From an uncultured Planctomycetota bacterium (GTDB lineage Bacteria; Planctomycetota; Phycisphaerae; Tepidisphaerales; Tepidisphaeraceae): a stretch of DNA of 64,000 bases. Of the stretch, positions 1 to 9,119 are shown in pieces (position 1 is the first letter of the stretch; the number at the start of each line of letters is the position of its first letter). The notes beneath the pieces were generated by a model, which was not told where the DNA came from, did no database searches, and saw nothing but the letters and a program-made list of their open reading frames with translations. The stretch is from positions 1,088,001 to 1,152,000 of the forward strand of contig CAWJEN010000006.1 in assembly GCA_963841915.1 (NCBI GenBank), read 5' to 3'. The translations under genes and the position numbers were made by a program.

Positions 1-135
1 ACCGTCGGCCTGCCACTGCGTCACCGACCAGACCGGCACGCCCGTCACGTCGAGCGACGTAATGGCAAACTCGACATCATGCGCGGCCATGTTGGCCTTT
101 TGAAGCTGATCCAGCGTCGTCTCTAAGTGGTTCAT
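1..135 (-). CDS. YcaO-like family protein, N-terminal fragment (runs off the left edge)
   Basis: Absent from the ORF track. Manual translation from ATG at 135 gives MNHLETTLDQLQKANMAAHDVEFAITSLDVTGVPVWSVTQWQADG. ITSLDVTGVPVW resembles the YcaO N-terminal 'IT.LD.iG.PV' motif. Its start overlaps the upstream stop (ATGA, 132-135). Confidence 0.55.
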   Translation of the reverse strand, partial: MNHLETTLDQLQKANMAAHDVEFAITSLDVTGVPVWSVTQWQADG

Positions 136-953
136 AAGGACATCGGGTCGGCGAACGGCTTGCCCGCAAGTTGCTTGAGAAGAAGGTCGATCGCCATCCG
201 CTTGCCGTCGGTCGGGACGACTTCCCAGGGCGTGACGATCGCGTCGAAGTCGAGCGTGCGAAAGACGTCGAGATACCTTCGGCAGTCGCCGTGCGTCAGC
301 GGGACGTGCGCGTCGAAGGCTTTGTGCGTGCTGATGGAATCGGGCGTGCCGACTGTCTGGCCGTCGCCGGGAAACGTGAACTTGAACGCATCGCCGCAGA
401 ACAGGCGACGCTCGTCGTAGTCCATCAGCACCGTGTGGTCCGGCGTGTGACCGGCCGTCCGGATCAGCTCGAACCGCTCAGTCACCGTCCACCGCTCGTC
501 GAACGGGAACGAGACGCCGAACGCTTGACAGAACGGCAACGCCTCGGCCTGCACGACAACCTCCGGCGTGAATCGCTCGACCACACGCCACAGGCCGCCG
601 TATACGTGAGCGTGACTCGCCGCCAAGCAACGCACGCCGCCACGCGAGGCGATGAAGGCAAGGGCCTCGTCGTCGTACCAGCCGCAGCCGTCGAAGTGCA
701 GGTTGCCATCGTCGCTCTCGATGAAGTACCCGCACGATCCGATGCCGATGCTCGGCGTCGTGCTGAATCGGTGAAGGCCCGGCAGCGGTTCGTCGTGCGT
801 CACCGTCTGCTCCGCCATGTCGCCCGGCTCGCGGAACGCGTAACCCGTCGGCGGCAGCGGGTGGCGAAAGTCCTCGCACACCGGGCACGTCGTCGGCGTC
901 GAAAACCGCTTTTGCCAAAACCCGCAGTGACTACAGCAGTAGTGGATCAACAC
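132..953 (-). CDS. MBL-fold metallo-hydrolase with N-terminal zinc ribbon
   Basis: CCSHCG..CPVC at the N-terminus, SHAHVYG (degenerate HxHxDH), GHTPDH and CGDA motifs. Start at GTG 953 or TTG 950, overlapping the upstream stop at 947-949. Confidence 0.8.
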   Translation of the reverse strand: MLIHYCCSHCGFWQKRFSTPTTCPVCEDFRHPLPPTGYAFREPGDMAEQTVTHDEPLPGLHRFSTTPSIGIGSCGYFIESDDGNLHFDGCGWYDDEALAFIASRGGVRCLAASHAHVYGGLWRVVERFTPEVVVQAEALPFCQAFGVSFPFDERWTVTERFELIRTAGHTPDHTVLMDYDERRLFCGDAFKFTFPGDGQTVGTPDSISTHKAFDAHVPLTHGDCRRYLDVFRTLDFDAIVTPWEVVPTDGKRMAIDLLLKQLAGKPFADPMSL

Positions 954-1951
954 GCACCACCTTTGCGGCAACGGTCGAGCAGGCGCATCATCGCCACGTC
1001 GCCGGCCGCCGGGAACGGCCACGCTCTGACGCCCGACGCCGCGTCGGCGAACGCTTCGATCTGATTGAGAAACGGGCTGCGATCGTCTTGTGAAAAATCC
1101 ATGGCACGCTCGCTGCCGTCGCCCGCGTCGATGAGCGTCAGCGTGCCGCCGGGCGTCTGACCCATCGTGTCAAGCGCGACGGCCATGGCCTTGGTGCCGA
1201 CGACCTCAAGTCGCCGCCGCGGCAGCATTTCGGGGCAGTTGTACGCGACGCTGTGGTCGAGCAGAACGCCGCTGGTACTGCGCCCGATGATGGCTGCCCC
1301 GTCGTCCGTCGGCACGTCGTCGTGCACGCGTGTCTGCATCAGGCAGGCGACATCGACGAGTGGCTCGCCGAGCAGCATTTGCGTCAGGTCCAGGCCGTGC
1401 GGGGCGAGGTCGATCATCGCCCCGCCACCGGCTCGCTTGGGGTCGACGCGCCAGTTGTCGCCGCTCGTGTCGCCCGGCGGTCGCCAGTCGCTGCCGGTCC
1501 AGCAGGCGTAGCGAATCCTCACCGTCGTCACCGTGCCGAGCACGCCGTCAGCGATGAGCTTGCGCAGCGCGAGGTGCGCCCCGTGCCACCGCTGATCGAA
1601 AGCCGTCGCCAGCAGACGCCCCACCTTGTCGGCGGCGTCGGTCATCAACTCGGCGTCGGCAGCACAGAGGGCCGTCGGCTTCTCGCACAATACGTGCTTC
1701 CCAGCGTTCAACGCAGCAACCGATTGCTGAGCGTGCAGGTGATTCGGCGTCGCGATATAGACGGCATCGACATCATCGCGACACAGCAACGCGTCGAGTG
1801 AGACGCACGTGTGTTCCGCGTGAACGGAATCCCGCGTGCTCTCCAGCGGATCGAACGCCGCGACGAGGCGGCCGTTGCGACTTTCGCGAATCGCCGGAGC
1901 GACGTAGTCGCGGGCGAGCCAGCCGCAGCCGATCAGGCCCCAGCCGATCAA
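947..1951 (-). CDS. Gfo/Idh/MocA family oxidoreductase
   Basis: GLIGCGWLA Rossmann motif, [19 protein letters not shown] and [17 protein letters not shown] start at 1951 overlaps the upstream TGA (1948-1950). Confidence 0.92.
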   Translation of the reverse strand: MIGWGLIGCGWLARDYVAPAIRESRNGRLVAAFDPLESTRDSVHAEHTCVSLDALLCRDDVDAVYIATPNHLHAQQSVAALNAGKHVLCEKPTALCAADAELMTDAADKVGRLLATAFDQRWHGAHLALRKLIADGVLGTVTTVRIRYACWTGSDWRPPGDTSGDNWRVDPKRAGGGAMIDLAPHGLDLTQMLLGEPLVDVACLMQTRVHDDVPTDDGAAIIGRSTSGVLLDHSVAYNCPEMLPRRRLEVVGTKAMAVALDTMGQTPGGTLTLIDAGDGSERAMDFSQDDRSPFLNQIEAFADAASGVRAWPFPAAGDVAMMRLLDRCRKGGAC

Positions 1952-2880
1952 GCCGATGCTCCCGTCGCACTGTTCGACCAGTCGTGCCACACGTCGGCGG
2001 CCTCGAGCACTTGCCGTTGCCACGCCTGCTCGGGGGCTTCGTGGACGATGTTCATGCGGCCGATGGCATCGCTCAGTTCAAAGCCGGCCGACTCGGCGTG
2101 CCACGCCATCTCCAGCGTCCGGTCAAGCACGTCGGCGGCGTGAAATACTCGTGCTTCGGGCGTATCGGTCCGCTTCGTGTGGGCCAGTGCCGCCCGCACT
2201 TTCGACTGCAATGGGTCGGCGATCTGCCGATACGCCTTCTCGAAGGCGGCGGTCGTGACCGGCTCGGCGAGATCGAATTGCGCCAGCAGCCGATCACCCG
2301 CAAAGCCGATGTCCGGCAAACTCGCGTTGAAAAGGTGGTGCGCCAGGCCGATCAGAAACACCGTCGCCGCGTCGGCATCGAGATGGTCCGCGAGCAGGAC
2401 GCCATACACGCCCGTCATGCCGCAGTGGTCGCCGTGACTCTCAGCCGGTTCGAGGATGAGCCGCGGCTGCGTCGGGTGCGTCGCCCCGGCCCGCGGCTGG
2501 GCGACAAGTCGCTGCACAAACGACGGCAGCCGTCGCCAGGCAACGGGCGTTGCCGACACATCGACCGCGTCGGCAAGTCGAGGCACGCCCGCCGCTTCGA
2601 CGGCTGCTGCCAGGACGCTGGTCGCGTCGTCAGACGACACGCCGTGGGCGACAAGCGTCGGGCCGTCGAGGGCTGCCAGCTTCGTTGCGGCAACGAGGCA
2701 GGCCGTCTCGCTGCGGGCGACCGTCTCTGCGTTGTCGCCGGCGAGCAGACGCGACCAGCTCCGGGCAAAGGCGATGTCGACGAGCGATGCACCGCCCGCG
2801 TCGGCCGGGCGAACGCGCTTGAGCCCGTTCATCTGCCGCAGCAGCGGCGTGAGTTGTCGAAGGACTTGAAGGTTGCTCAC
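1948..2880 (-). CDS. HD-superfamily-like protein (YfbR/HD_3-like, HH variant)
   Basis: QPRAG..ESHGDHC..AHHLFNA..ADVLD parallels the R.G..ES.A.H..HD..AD.L pattern of HD_3 proteins. GTG start at 2880 overlaps the upstream TGA. Confidence 0.65.
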   Translation of the reverse strand: MSNLQVLRQLTPLLRQMNGLKRVRPADAGGASLVDIAFARSWSRLLAGDNAETVARSETACLVAATKLAALDGPTLVAHGVSSDDATSVLAAAVEAAGVPRLADAVDVSATPVAWRRLPSFVQRLVAQPRAGATHPTQPRLILEPAESHGDHCGMTGVYGVLLADHLDADAATVFLIGLAHHLFNASLPDIGFAGDRLLAQFDLAEPVTTAAFEKAYRQIADPLQSKVRAALAHTKRTDTPEARVFHAADVLDRTLEMAWHAESAGFELSDAIGRMNIVHEAPEQAWQRQVLEAADVWHDWSNSATGASA

Positions 2881-4085
2881 GACGCACTCCGCTCCCGCAG
2901 GTCGCGAATGCACTGCCGCATGACGTTGTCATTGATCTCGTGCACGTCGACCGGATCACCGATGCCGCGAAGCAGCGTGATGGTCAGTCGGCCACCGAGG
3001 TGCTGGCGGAACTCTTCGAGGCCCTGCAGAATCTCGTCCTCGCGTGCAAGGGCCGGGTGGTCGAGCGGGATCTTGAGGTCGCGCAGACACCGGATGACGC
3101 GCTCGCAGTCGGCCTGCTCGAGGCCGAACATTTTGACGCTGTAGAGGCAGTCGATGGCCAGGCCGATGCCGACGGCCTCGCCGTGGCGTAGCTCGAAGTT
3201 CGTCATCGGCTCGAGTTTGTGGGCCGACCAGTGACCGAAGTCGAGCGGGCGAGCCTCGAGCATCTCGAACGGGTCACCGCCGCGGGTGATGTGGCGGAGG
3301 TGCCACAAGGCCGACTGTTCGATCGCGCTGCGGGAGGCGGCTTTGTCTCGCCGGGCGATCTTCATCGCGTTGTCGCACAGTTCGTTGAAGAAGCTCGCGT
3401 CCTTGAGCAGCGCGACCTTGACCGCCTCGCTGAAGCCGTTGCGGAACTCGCGGTCGGGCAGTGTCTCGAGCAGCTTCTCGTCGTTGATAACTGCCCACGG
3501 GACGGCAAAGCTGCCTTGCCAGTTCTTTTTGGCGAAGAGGTTGATGGCGTTTTTGACGCCGATGCCACTGTCGTCCTGGGCGAGTGTGGTCGTAGGCAGT
3601 CGGACCAGGCGGACGCCGCGATGGGCGACGGCGGCGGCGTAACCGACGGCGTCGAGCACCGCCCCGCCGCCGATGACCAGCACGTAATTGCGGCGGTCAA
3701 GGTCGTTGTCATTGATGGCCGCCAGCAGCGTGTCGATAACGGCCGGGTCGTTCTTGCAGGCCTCGCCACCCGGGACCAGAACCACCTCACCGGCCGGCTC
3801 GACACGATCGGCATGGGTCTTGAAGAACATGTCGATGCGCGAGAGCAGCGACGGGTCACCGTCGACGACGCCCGAATCGACGCTCGCCAGCACGCGGACC
3901 CGCGTGTCGGCAGGGTGCAAACAGTCGAGCAGGACGCTGGCGTCGGGGCCGAGCACGTCGTCAGTGAACCGCAGGCGGTGGCGGAACGGGACCGAGAAGT
4001 CGGCGTCGTAGGCGGTGCCGGTCGGCTGTTTCGGATCGATAGCGTCGGACACGAACGGCGAGGGTGCTGTAGCAGTGAGGGTCAT
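2877..4085 (-). CDS. 3-dehydroquinate synthase-family sugar-phosphate cyclase (EboD-like clade)
   Basis: [55 protein letters not shown] and LRHGEAV. The PLDFGHW.AHKLE signature differs from canonical AroB (LNFGHT.GHA.E). ATG at 4085. Confidence 0.85.
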   Translation of the reverse strand: MTLTATAPSPFVSDAIDPKQPTGTAYDADFSVPFRHRLRFTDDVLGPDASVLLDCLHPADTRVRVLASVDSGVVDGDPSLLSRIDMFFKTHADRVEPAGEVVLVPGGEACKNDPAVIDTLLAAINDNDLDRRNYVLVIGGGAVLDAVGYAAAVAHRGVRLVRLPTTTLAQDDSGIGVKNAINLFAKKNWQGSFAVPWAVINDEKLLETLPDREFRNGFSEAVKVALLKDASFFNELCDNAMKIARRDKAASRSAIEQSALWHLRHITRGGDPFEMLEARPLDFGHWSAHKLEPMTNFELRHGEAVGIGLAIDCLYSVKMFGLEQADCERVIRCLRDLKIPLDHPALAREDEILQGLEEFRQHLGGRLTITLLRGIGDPVDVHEINDNVMRQCIRDLRERSAS

Positions 4086-4229
4086 GCGGCTGTGGATTGG
4101 GCCCGGCACAGGTGGTGGCAAGACGCCGGGAGGACAGCACAATAAAGGTCGATGTTCGGGTCGGCTACATCTGTTTCTTGAGTTTCACGAGTTCTGCCAA
4201 GCTGGCGAGGGCGGCCCTATCTTTTGCTC

Positions 4230-5588
4230 ATGCCCGCGACCATTACGATGCCCCAGCAGTCCGACACCATGACCGAGGGCACCCTCGTCGCTTGGGTGAT
4301 GAACGAAGGCGACGCCATCAAGGAAGGCGACGTGGTCGCCGAGATCGAGACCGACAAGGCGACGATGGAGATGGAAGGCCCTGACGAACCGGGCACCATT
4401 GCTGCCATCCTCGTGCAGGCCGGCGAGACGGCTGCCGTCGGGCAGGTGCTGGCGGTTGTGGCCCTCGAGGGCGAAGATGTGGCAGAGGTCAAGAAGAACG
4501 CTGGCTCGGCCGGCGGTAAGGCCAAGGCCGAGGGCGGCGACGAAAAAGGCGCTACCGCCACCGAGACGGCCGTCGAGCGTAAGCCGGCCGCTCCTTCTTA
4601 TGAAGGCTCCGGCAGCGACGTCACCATGCCCATGCCGGCCGCGGACGACACCAAGGCTGACAGCAACGACCGCATCAAGGCCTCGCCGCTGGCCAAACGC
4701 ATCGCCAAAAACAAGAACATCGACCTGTCAACCCTCACCGGCAGCGGGCCCGGCGGACGCATCGTGCAAAAGGACGTCCTCGACGCCGAAGAATCGGGCG
4801 GATCGGTCAGCAAGGGCCCGGACCGCAAGCAGAAGGACGACGCCCTGACGCCTCCGCCCGTGGCCGCGCCCGCCCTGCCGCAACGCATCGCCAGCGGCCA
4901 GACGGAAAAGGTCGAGCTGACGAAGATGCGCTCGACGATCGCCAAGCGGCTCGTCCAGGCCAAGCAGCAGTTGCCGCACTTCTACGAGACGATCGACATC
5001 GAGCTCGACGCGGCAGAGGCCCTGCGCGGCAAGCTCAACAAGGCGATGGAAAAAGAAGGCATCCGCCTGTCGATCGGCGACATCATCGCCAAGGCCGTCG
5101 CCGTCACGCTGCAGAAACACCCGGTGCTCAACACGACCTTCGACGGCACGACCATGACCCGTCACGGCGACGTCAACCTCGGCATGGCCGTCGCGCTCGA
5201 CGACGGCCTGATCGTGCCCGTGCTCAAAAACATCGACCAGATGGGCTTCCGCGAAATTCGCCTGCGCAGCAAGGAACTCGTCGACAAAGCCCGCCGTCAG
5301 AAGCTCAAGGGCGACGAGATGAGCGGCGCGACCTTCACCGTCAGCAACCTCGGCGGCTTCGGCGTCAAGGAGTTCATCGCCATCGTCAACCCGCCGGAAG
5401 TCGGCATCCTCGCCATCGGCGCCGGCAGCAAGCGGGCCGTCGTCGCGGGCGACGGCAGCATCGTCGCCCGGACGGTTATGACCGTCACGCTCTCAGCCGA
5501 CCACCGCGCCGTCGACGGTGCCGACTCGGCCAGGTTCCTCGGCACGCTCAAGAGCATGATCGAAGAGCCGGGCATGATGCTGGTGTGA
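4230..5588 (+). CDS. pdhC: Pyruvate dehydrogenase E2, dihydrolipoamide acetyltransferase
   Basis: Lipoyl domain (EIETDKA), E3-binding domain (ASPLAKRIA..GSGPGGRI) and catalytic DHRAVDG. Confidence 0.92.
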   Translation: MPATITMPQQSDTMTEGTLVAWVMNEGDAIKEGDVVAEIETDKATMEMEGPDEPGTIAAILVQAGETAAVGQVLAVVALEGEDVAEVKKNAGSAGGKAKAEGGDEKGATATETAVERKPAAPSYEGSGSDVTMPMPAADDTKADSNDRIKASPLAKRIAKNKNIDLSTLTGSGPGGRIVQKDVLDAEESGGSVSKGPDRKQKDDALTPPPVAAPALPQRIASGQTEKVELTKMRSTIAKRLVQAKQQLPHFYETIDIELDAAEALRGKLNKAMEKEGIRLSIGDIIAKAVAVTLQKHPVLNTTFDGTTMTRHGDVNLGMAVALDDGLIVPVLKNIDQMGFREIRLRSKELVDKARRQKLKGDEMSGATFTVSNLGGFGVKEFIAIVNPPEVGILAIGAGSKRAVVAGDGSIVARTVMTVTLSADHRAVDGADSARFLGTLKSMIEEPGMMLV

Positions 5589-6074
5589 GGCTGCGGTCTG
5601 CTGGGCCGCAACCCACGTGCCGCGGCACAGGGACGTTCGTACGGGTGCCGGCGGCTAAAGCTGCACCAAGCAGGCTGAGTGTCCGCTTGTCACGCTCGCC
5701 GTCGTGGAACGCGTCCAGCACCGCAGCGAACGGCTCGGCCTTCGTCGCCACTGCCGCGAAGAGCGTCATGCTGCTCTTGAGCTTCAAGTCGTCCGGGCTT
5801 CCGAGGATCTGTCTTGCTGTCTTGTCCTTGTGCCGCAGGAACGCCTCGCAGCAGGCAGCAGTCGCGGGCCGAGAATGCCGTGATTCAGGTACGCCGCCGC
5901 CTCGTCGCGATCTTCGATGCCGTAGAAGTCGGCCATCTGGCTGCTGCCGAGGCCGCGCAGTTGCGGGAAGATGAACCACATCCAATGCGTCCGCTTCTCA
6001 CCGGCCTGCAGCTCGGCCAGCGCGTCGGCGTACGCGTCGGCCTGGGCTTCAACGAAACGCTCGAGGTCGTCCAT
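5548..6074 (-). pseudogene. DUF1810 family protein split by a frameshift (or a sequencing error)
   Basis: MDDLERFVEAQ..GEKRTHWMWFIFPQLRGLGSS..YL.H.ILGPRL in one frame continues as CCEAFL..ILGSPDDLKLKSSMTLF..D.RTL.LL in another. The shift is near 5855. Confidence 0.75.
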
Positions 6075-6096
6075 GCCACCAGCGTAGAAGTATTGC

Positions 6097-7278
6097 GTGG
6101 CGACCGTGCGGCTGGATTCTTCCTCGAATGCCCTGCCGTGGGCGGTCGGGCCGGCCGAAGCGTCGCTCGTGCTGCGAGACTGCCAGTTGCTCGACGACGG
6201 CCGTGTCGTCAAGACGTTCGACGACGTGCTCGACGCGTTGCAGTGGCTCGATGACGAACGGCGGCAAGACGATCGCTCCACCTGGGTCGGCAGTTTCGGC
6301 TACGAACTGGGCGCGATCTTCGAGCCGGCGGCAAGGCATCGTGAGTCACGCTTGCCACGGACGCCGTTGCTCGTGTTCGCGAAGGTCTCACCTGATCGTT
6401 CGAACATGCCCAAGGCAGCTGCGAGCCCGCGGCTCGCGGCCGGGTCTGACGGACTGCGAGCCGCCGGCTCGCAGCGACCGGCACGTCTATCCACATGGCA
6501 AAGCACGTTCGGGCGCAACGAGTACCTCGCTGCCGTTGCCCGGTGCGTCGAGTACATCGCGGCAGGCGACGTTTTTCAGGTGAACCTCGCTCAGTCGTTG
6601 TCGCGGCAGGTAACGCTCGACGCGGCGGCGCTCTACGACCGTCTGCCGCCGGCGACGTTCGGGGGCATGATCGATTTGGGCGACGTTGCCATCGTCTCCA
6701 ATTCGCCTGAACTTTTCCTGCACGTCGACGCCACTGGTCGTGTCGAGACGCGGCCGATCAAGGGCACACGCCCCGCCGGCACGACGCACGGCGAGCTGCT
6801 CGGCAGCGAGAAAGACGCCGCCGAGCTGAACATGATCGTCGACCTCGAGCGCAACGATCTCGGCCGCGTCTGCGAAATCGGCAGCGTTCGCGTCGCCTCG
6901 CCCCGCTCGATCGAATTGCACCCGACCGTCCAGCACGGCGTGGCCACCGTCGTCGGTCAGCTCCGCCAGGACGTCGGCCTCGTCGAGCTACTCGCAGCGA
7001 CGTTCCCAAGCGGAAGCGTCACGGGCGCACCCAAGATTCGGGCGATGCAGATCATCGACGAGCTCGAGCCGTCGCCGCGCGGGCCGTACTGCGGGGCGAT
7101 GGGCAGGCTCGATGCCGACGGCTCGATCCTGCTCAATGTCGCCATCCGCACGGCCACACTCGTCAATGGCGTCCTGCACGTTCCCGTCGGTGGCGGCATC
7201 GTTGCAGACAGCGTGCCTGCCGAGGAATACGCAGAAACCATCGTCAAGGCTCGCGCGTTTCTCGACGCCGCGGATTGA
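6097..7278 (+). CDS. pabB: Chorismate-binding enzyme: aminodeoxychorismate synthase component I / anthranilate synthase component I family
   Basis: AGDVFQVNL, SNSPELFL, TRPIKGT, MIVDLERNDLGRVC, FPSGSVTGAPKIRAM and GGGIVADS. PIKGT favours PabB over TrpE (PIAGT). Confidence 0.85.
   Translation: MATVRLDSSSNALPWAVGPAEASLVLRDCQLLDDGRVVKTFDDVLDALQWLDDERRQDDRSTWVGSFGYELGAIFEPAARHRESRLPRTPLLVFAKVSPDRSNMPKAAASPRLAAGSDGLRAAGSQRPARLSTWQSTFGRNEYLAAVARCVEYIAAGDVFQVNLAQSLSRQVTLDAAALYDRLPPATFGGMIDLGDVAIVSNSPELFLHVDATGRVETRPIKGTRPAGTTHGELLGSEKDAAELNMIVDLERNDLGRVCEIGSVRVASPRSIELHPTVQHGVATVVGQLRQDVGLVELLAATFPSGSVTGAPKIRAMQIIDELEPSPRGPYCGAMGRLDADGSILLNVAIRTATLVNGVLHVPVGGGIVADSVPAEEYAETIVKARAFLDAAD
6418..6475. 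repeat. Double-hairpin palindromic (REP-like) element inside the pabB ORF
   Basis: GCTGCGAGCC(6418-6427)-cgc-GGCTCGCGGC and CTGCGAGCC(6454-6462)-gcc-GGCTCGCAGC(6466-6475). The outer 10-bp ends are perfect inverted repeats. Confidence 0.65.
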
Positions 7279-7356
7279 ACCCGTGGCGTCAATGGTTGAA
7301 TCGACCGGTTGGGACGTTAGCGCGATCGCCCTGCCTAATCGGCTACGCTGCGGGCG

Positions 7357-8398
7357 ATGCGGAACGTCTGCGTGCTACTCCTGATCGTCGCGATGCTCGC
7401 AGCCGTCGGCTGTGCGGCCCGGCGGGTCGATGTCTCTGCGGCCAAGCCGATTGCCCTGCTCGACGAGCGCGGCATCGAAGACGGACCGATCCGCGAAGCA
7501 GCGATGCTCGTCGAGGCGGGCGAATGCCAAAGAAGGCTTCGAGCGGCTGGCCGACTGGTTCGAGGATCCGCGGACGACGCGTGATCCTGATCGGCCAGAG
7601 GCTCTTCTTGTCGCGGCCGACGCGTTACTCGAATACGGCCGCACGAAAAAGGCGTTTTACTACCTCGACAACCTGCTCGACCGCTACCCCGGCAGCGGTT
7701 TGTATCGGCAGGCGGCGTTACGGCAGTACGAGATCGCCGACGCCATCCTGCGAAAACCTGAGTCGGGCTTCTCGCTTCGCTTCGGGCCTAGCCGCTTCGA
7801 CGCGATCGAGATGCTTTTCCGCGTTCAAGCCCGCGCCCCCGGCAGCGAGCTGGCGGAGCGGGCACTGCTGCGATCGGCGGATTACTACTTCGACGAAGAA
7901 GACTTCGACTTCGCCGAAGACGCGTACACGGTCTTCCTCGACGGCTTTCCGCGGAGCCCGCTGGCCCCGCGGGCACGGCTGCGGCAGGCGTGGAGCAATC
8001 TGCTCCAGTACGAAGGCCCCAAGTACGATCCGACGCCCTTGCTCGATGCCCGGGCACAGTTCGACGCGATTCGAGACGACAACGCCTACTCGGCCGACCA
8101 GCGGGCGGCCATTGCCGGCGCGCTGCAGTATGTCGAAGAGCAGCTCGCCAAGAAGGCGCTGCTGCAGAGCGACTACTACGCCCGCGTCGACAAGCCGGGG
8201 GCAAGTCGATTGATTCTTCAGGAGGCGGCGAAGGAGCAGCCCGACACCGAGGCCGGTCGCGAGGCGGCCAGGCGACTCGAGCTTCGGCCCGATGTGCCAG
8301 ACGCAGACGGTCGGCGTGGCCGAATCGCGGCAGAAGATCTCGACAACCAGGGCGACGTCCAGCCGCGTGACCGCAGCGACCCGACGGAGGTGCCATGA
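7357..8398 (+). CDS. bamD: Outer-membrane assembly factor BamD-like TPR lipoprotein (apparent +1 frameshift near 7523)
   Basis: Lipoprotein signal MRNVCVLLLIVAMLAAVGC in frame 7357. The TPR body (LLDRYPGS, FLDGFPRS, YDPTPLLDAR, LAKKAL...YYAR) is in frame 7412. Removing one A at 7523-7524 joins the two frames. Confidence 0.7.
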
Positions 8399-8898
8399 TG
8401 CGAGGCGTGTCGATGTTGTCGATCGTGCTCGCGATGCTCGCAAGCGGTTGTGGCTACCAGTCCGTGACGAAAAGCGGGCTCTACCGTGGCGACGTACGCA
8501 CCGTTGCCGTCACAGCCGCAGCGTCGGGTGCGGGTGATTTGGACTTGCCCGGTGACGTGACGGCTGCGGTGGTCCGGCAGATCGAGGCCGCAACGCCTTA
8601 CCGCGTCGCCGACGCGTCGACGGCCGACTCACTGTTGGAGCTGGAGATTTCCAGGACACGCACCCTCATCCGTCGGCGCAATCGCAACACGGCCTTGCCC
8701 GAGCAGGCAGACCTCGGCGTCTACGGCAACGCGACGTGGACCGACCTGCGGACGGGCAGACTGATCCTCGACCTCGAAGACGTCAAAGGTGAGGCCGAGC
8801 AATTCCCGACACTCGGCGAAGGCCAATCCGTGTCCCGCCGGGCCGCGGCTGAGGCGTTCGCCCAGCAACTCGTCGAAGAGCTTGCGGGCCGGTGGTGA
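8395..8898 (+). CDS. lptE: LptE-like LPS assembly lipoprotein
   Basis: Lipobox LASGC followed by GY, LYRGDVRTVAV, TPYRV...ADS.L and WTDLRTG. Its start overlaps the stop of the bamD-like gene. Confidence 0.65.
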   Translation: MMRGVSMLSIVLAMLASGCGYQSVTKSGLYRGDVRTVAVTAAASGAGDLDLPGDVTAAVVRQIEAATPYRVADASTADSLLELEISRTRTLIRRRNRNTALPEQADLGVYGNATWTDLRTGRLILDLEDVKGEAEQFPTLGEGQSVSRRAAAEAFAQQLVEELAGRW

Positions 8899-8987
8899 AG
8901 CGATGACGTTCGTTCAGTAAAAGTGTTTGCCCACGCCGGGCTGGTGAGCGTCGAGCCCGAATGGCGCTGACCTTTCGGCGGGCGAGG

Positions 8988-9075
8988 TTCCTCGGCTGCG
9001 CTCGGGTGGACGGAGGCGCACGTTTGGCGCTGGACCTGTTCGTCATCCTGAGCGGAGCTCAGCGGAGCCGAAGGA
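8988..9075. repeat. REP-like elements between convergent genes
   Basis: TTCCTCGGCTGCGCTCGGG (8988-9006) and GTCATCCTGAGCGGAGCTCAGCGGAGCCGAAGGA (9042-9075) resemble inverted copies of the GTCATCC[C/T]GAGC..GAAGGA REP family. Confidence 0.5.
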
Positions 9076-9119
9076 CATCACCGGCGGACTGCTCAGGAAG
9101 CAGAGAGGCGGCTGTTGCC

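Noticed and set aside
2877..4085. Assigning the gene symbol aroB
   Set aside because: The motifs fit the EboD-like clade better, so the housekeeping function is unproven.
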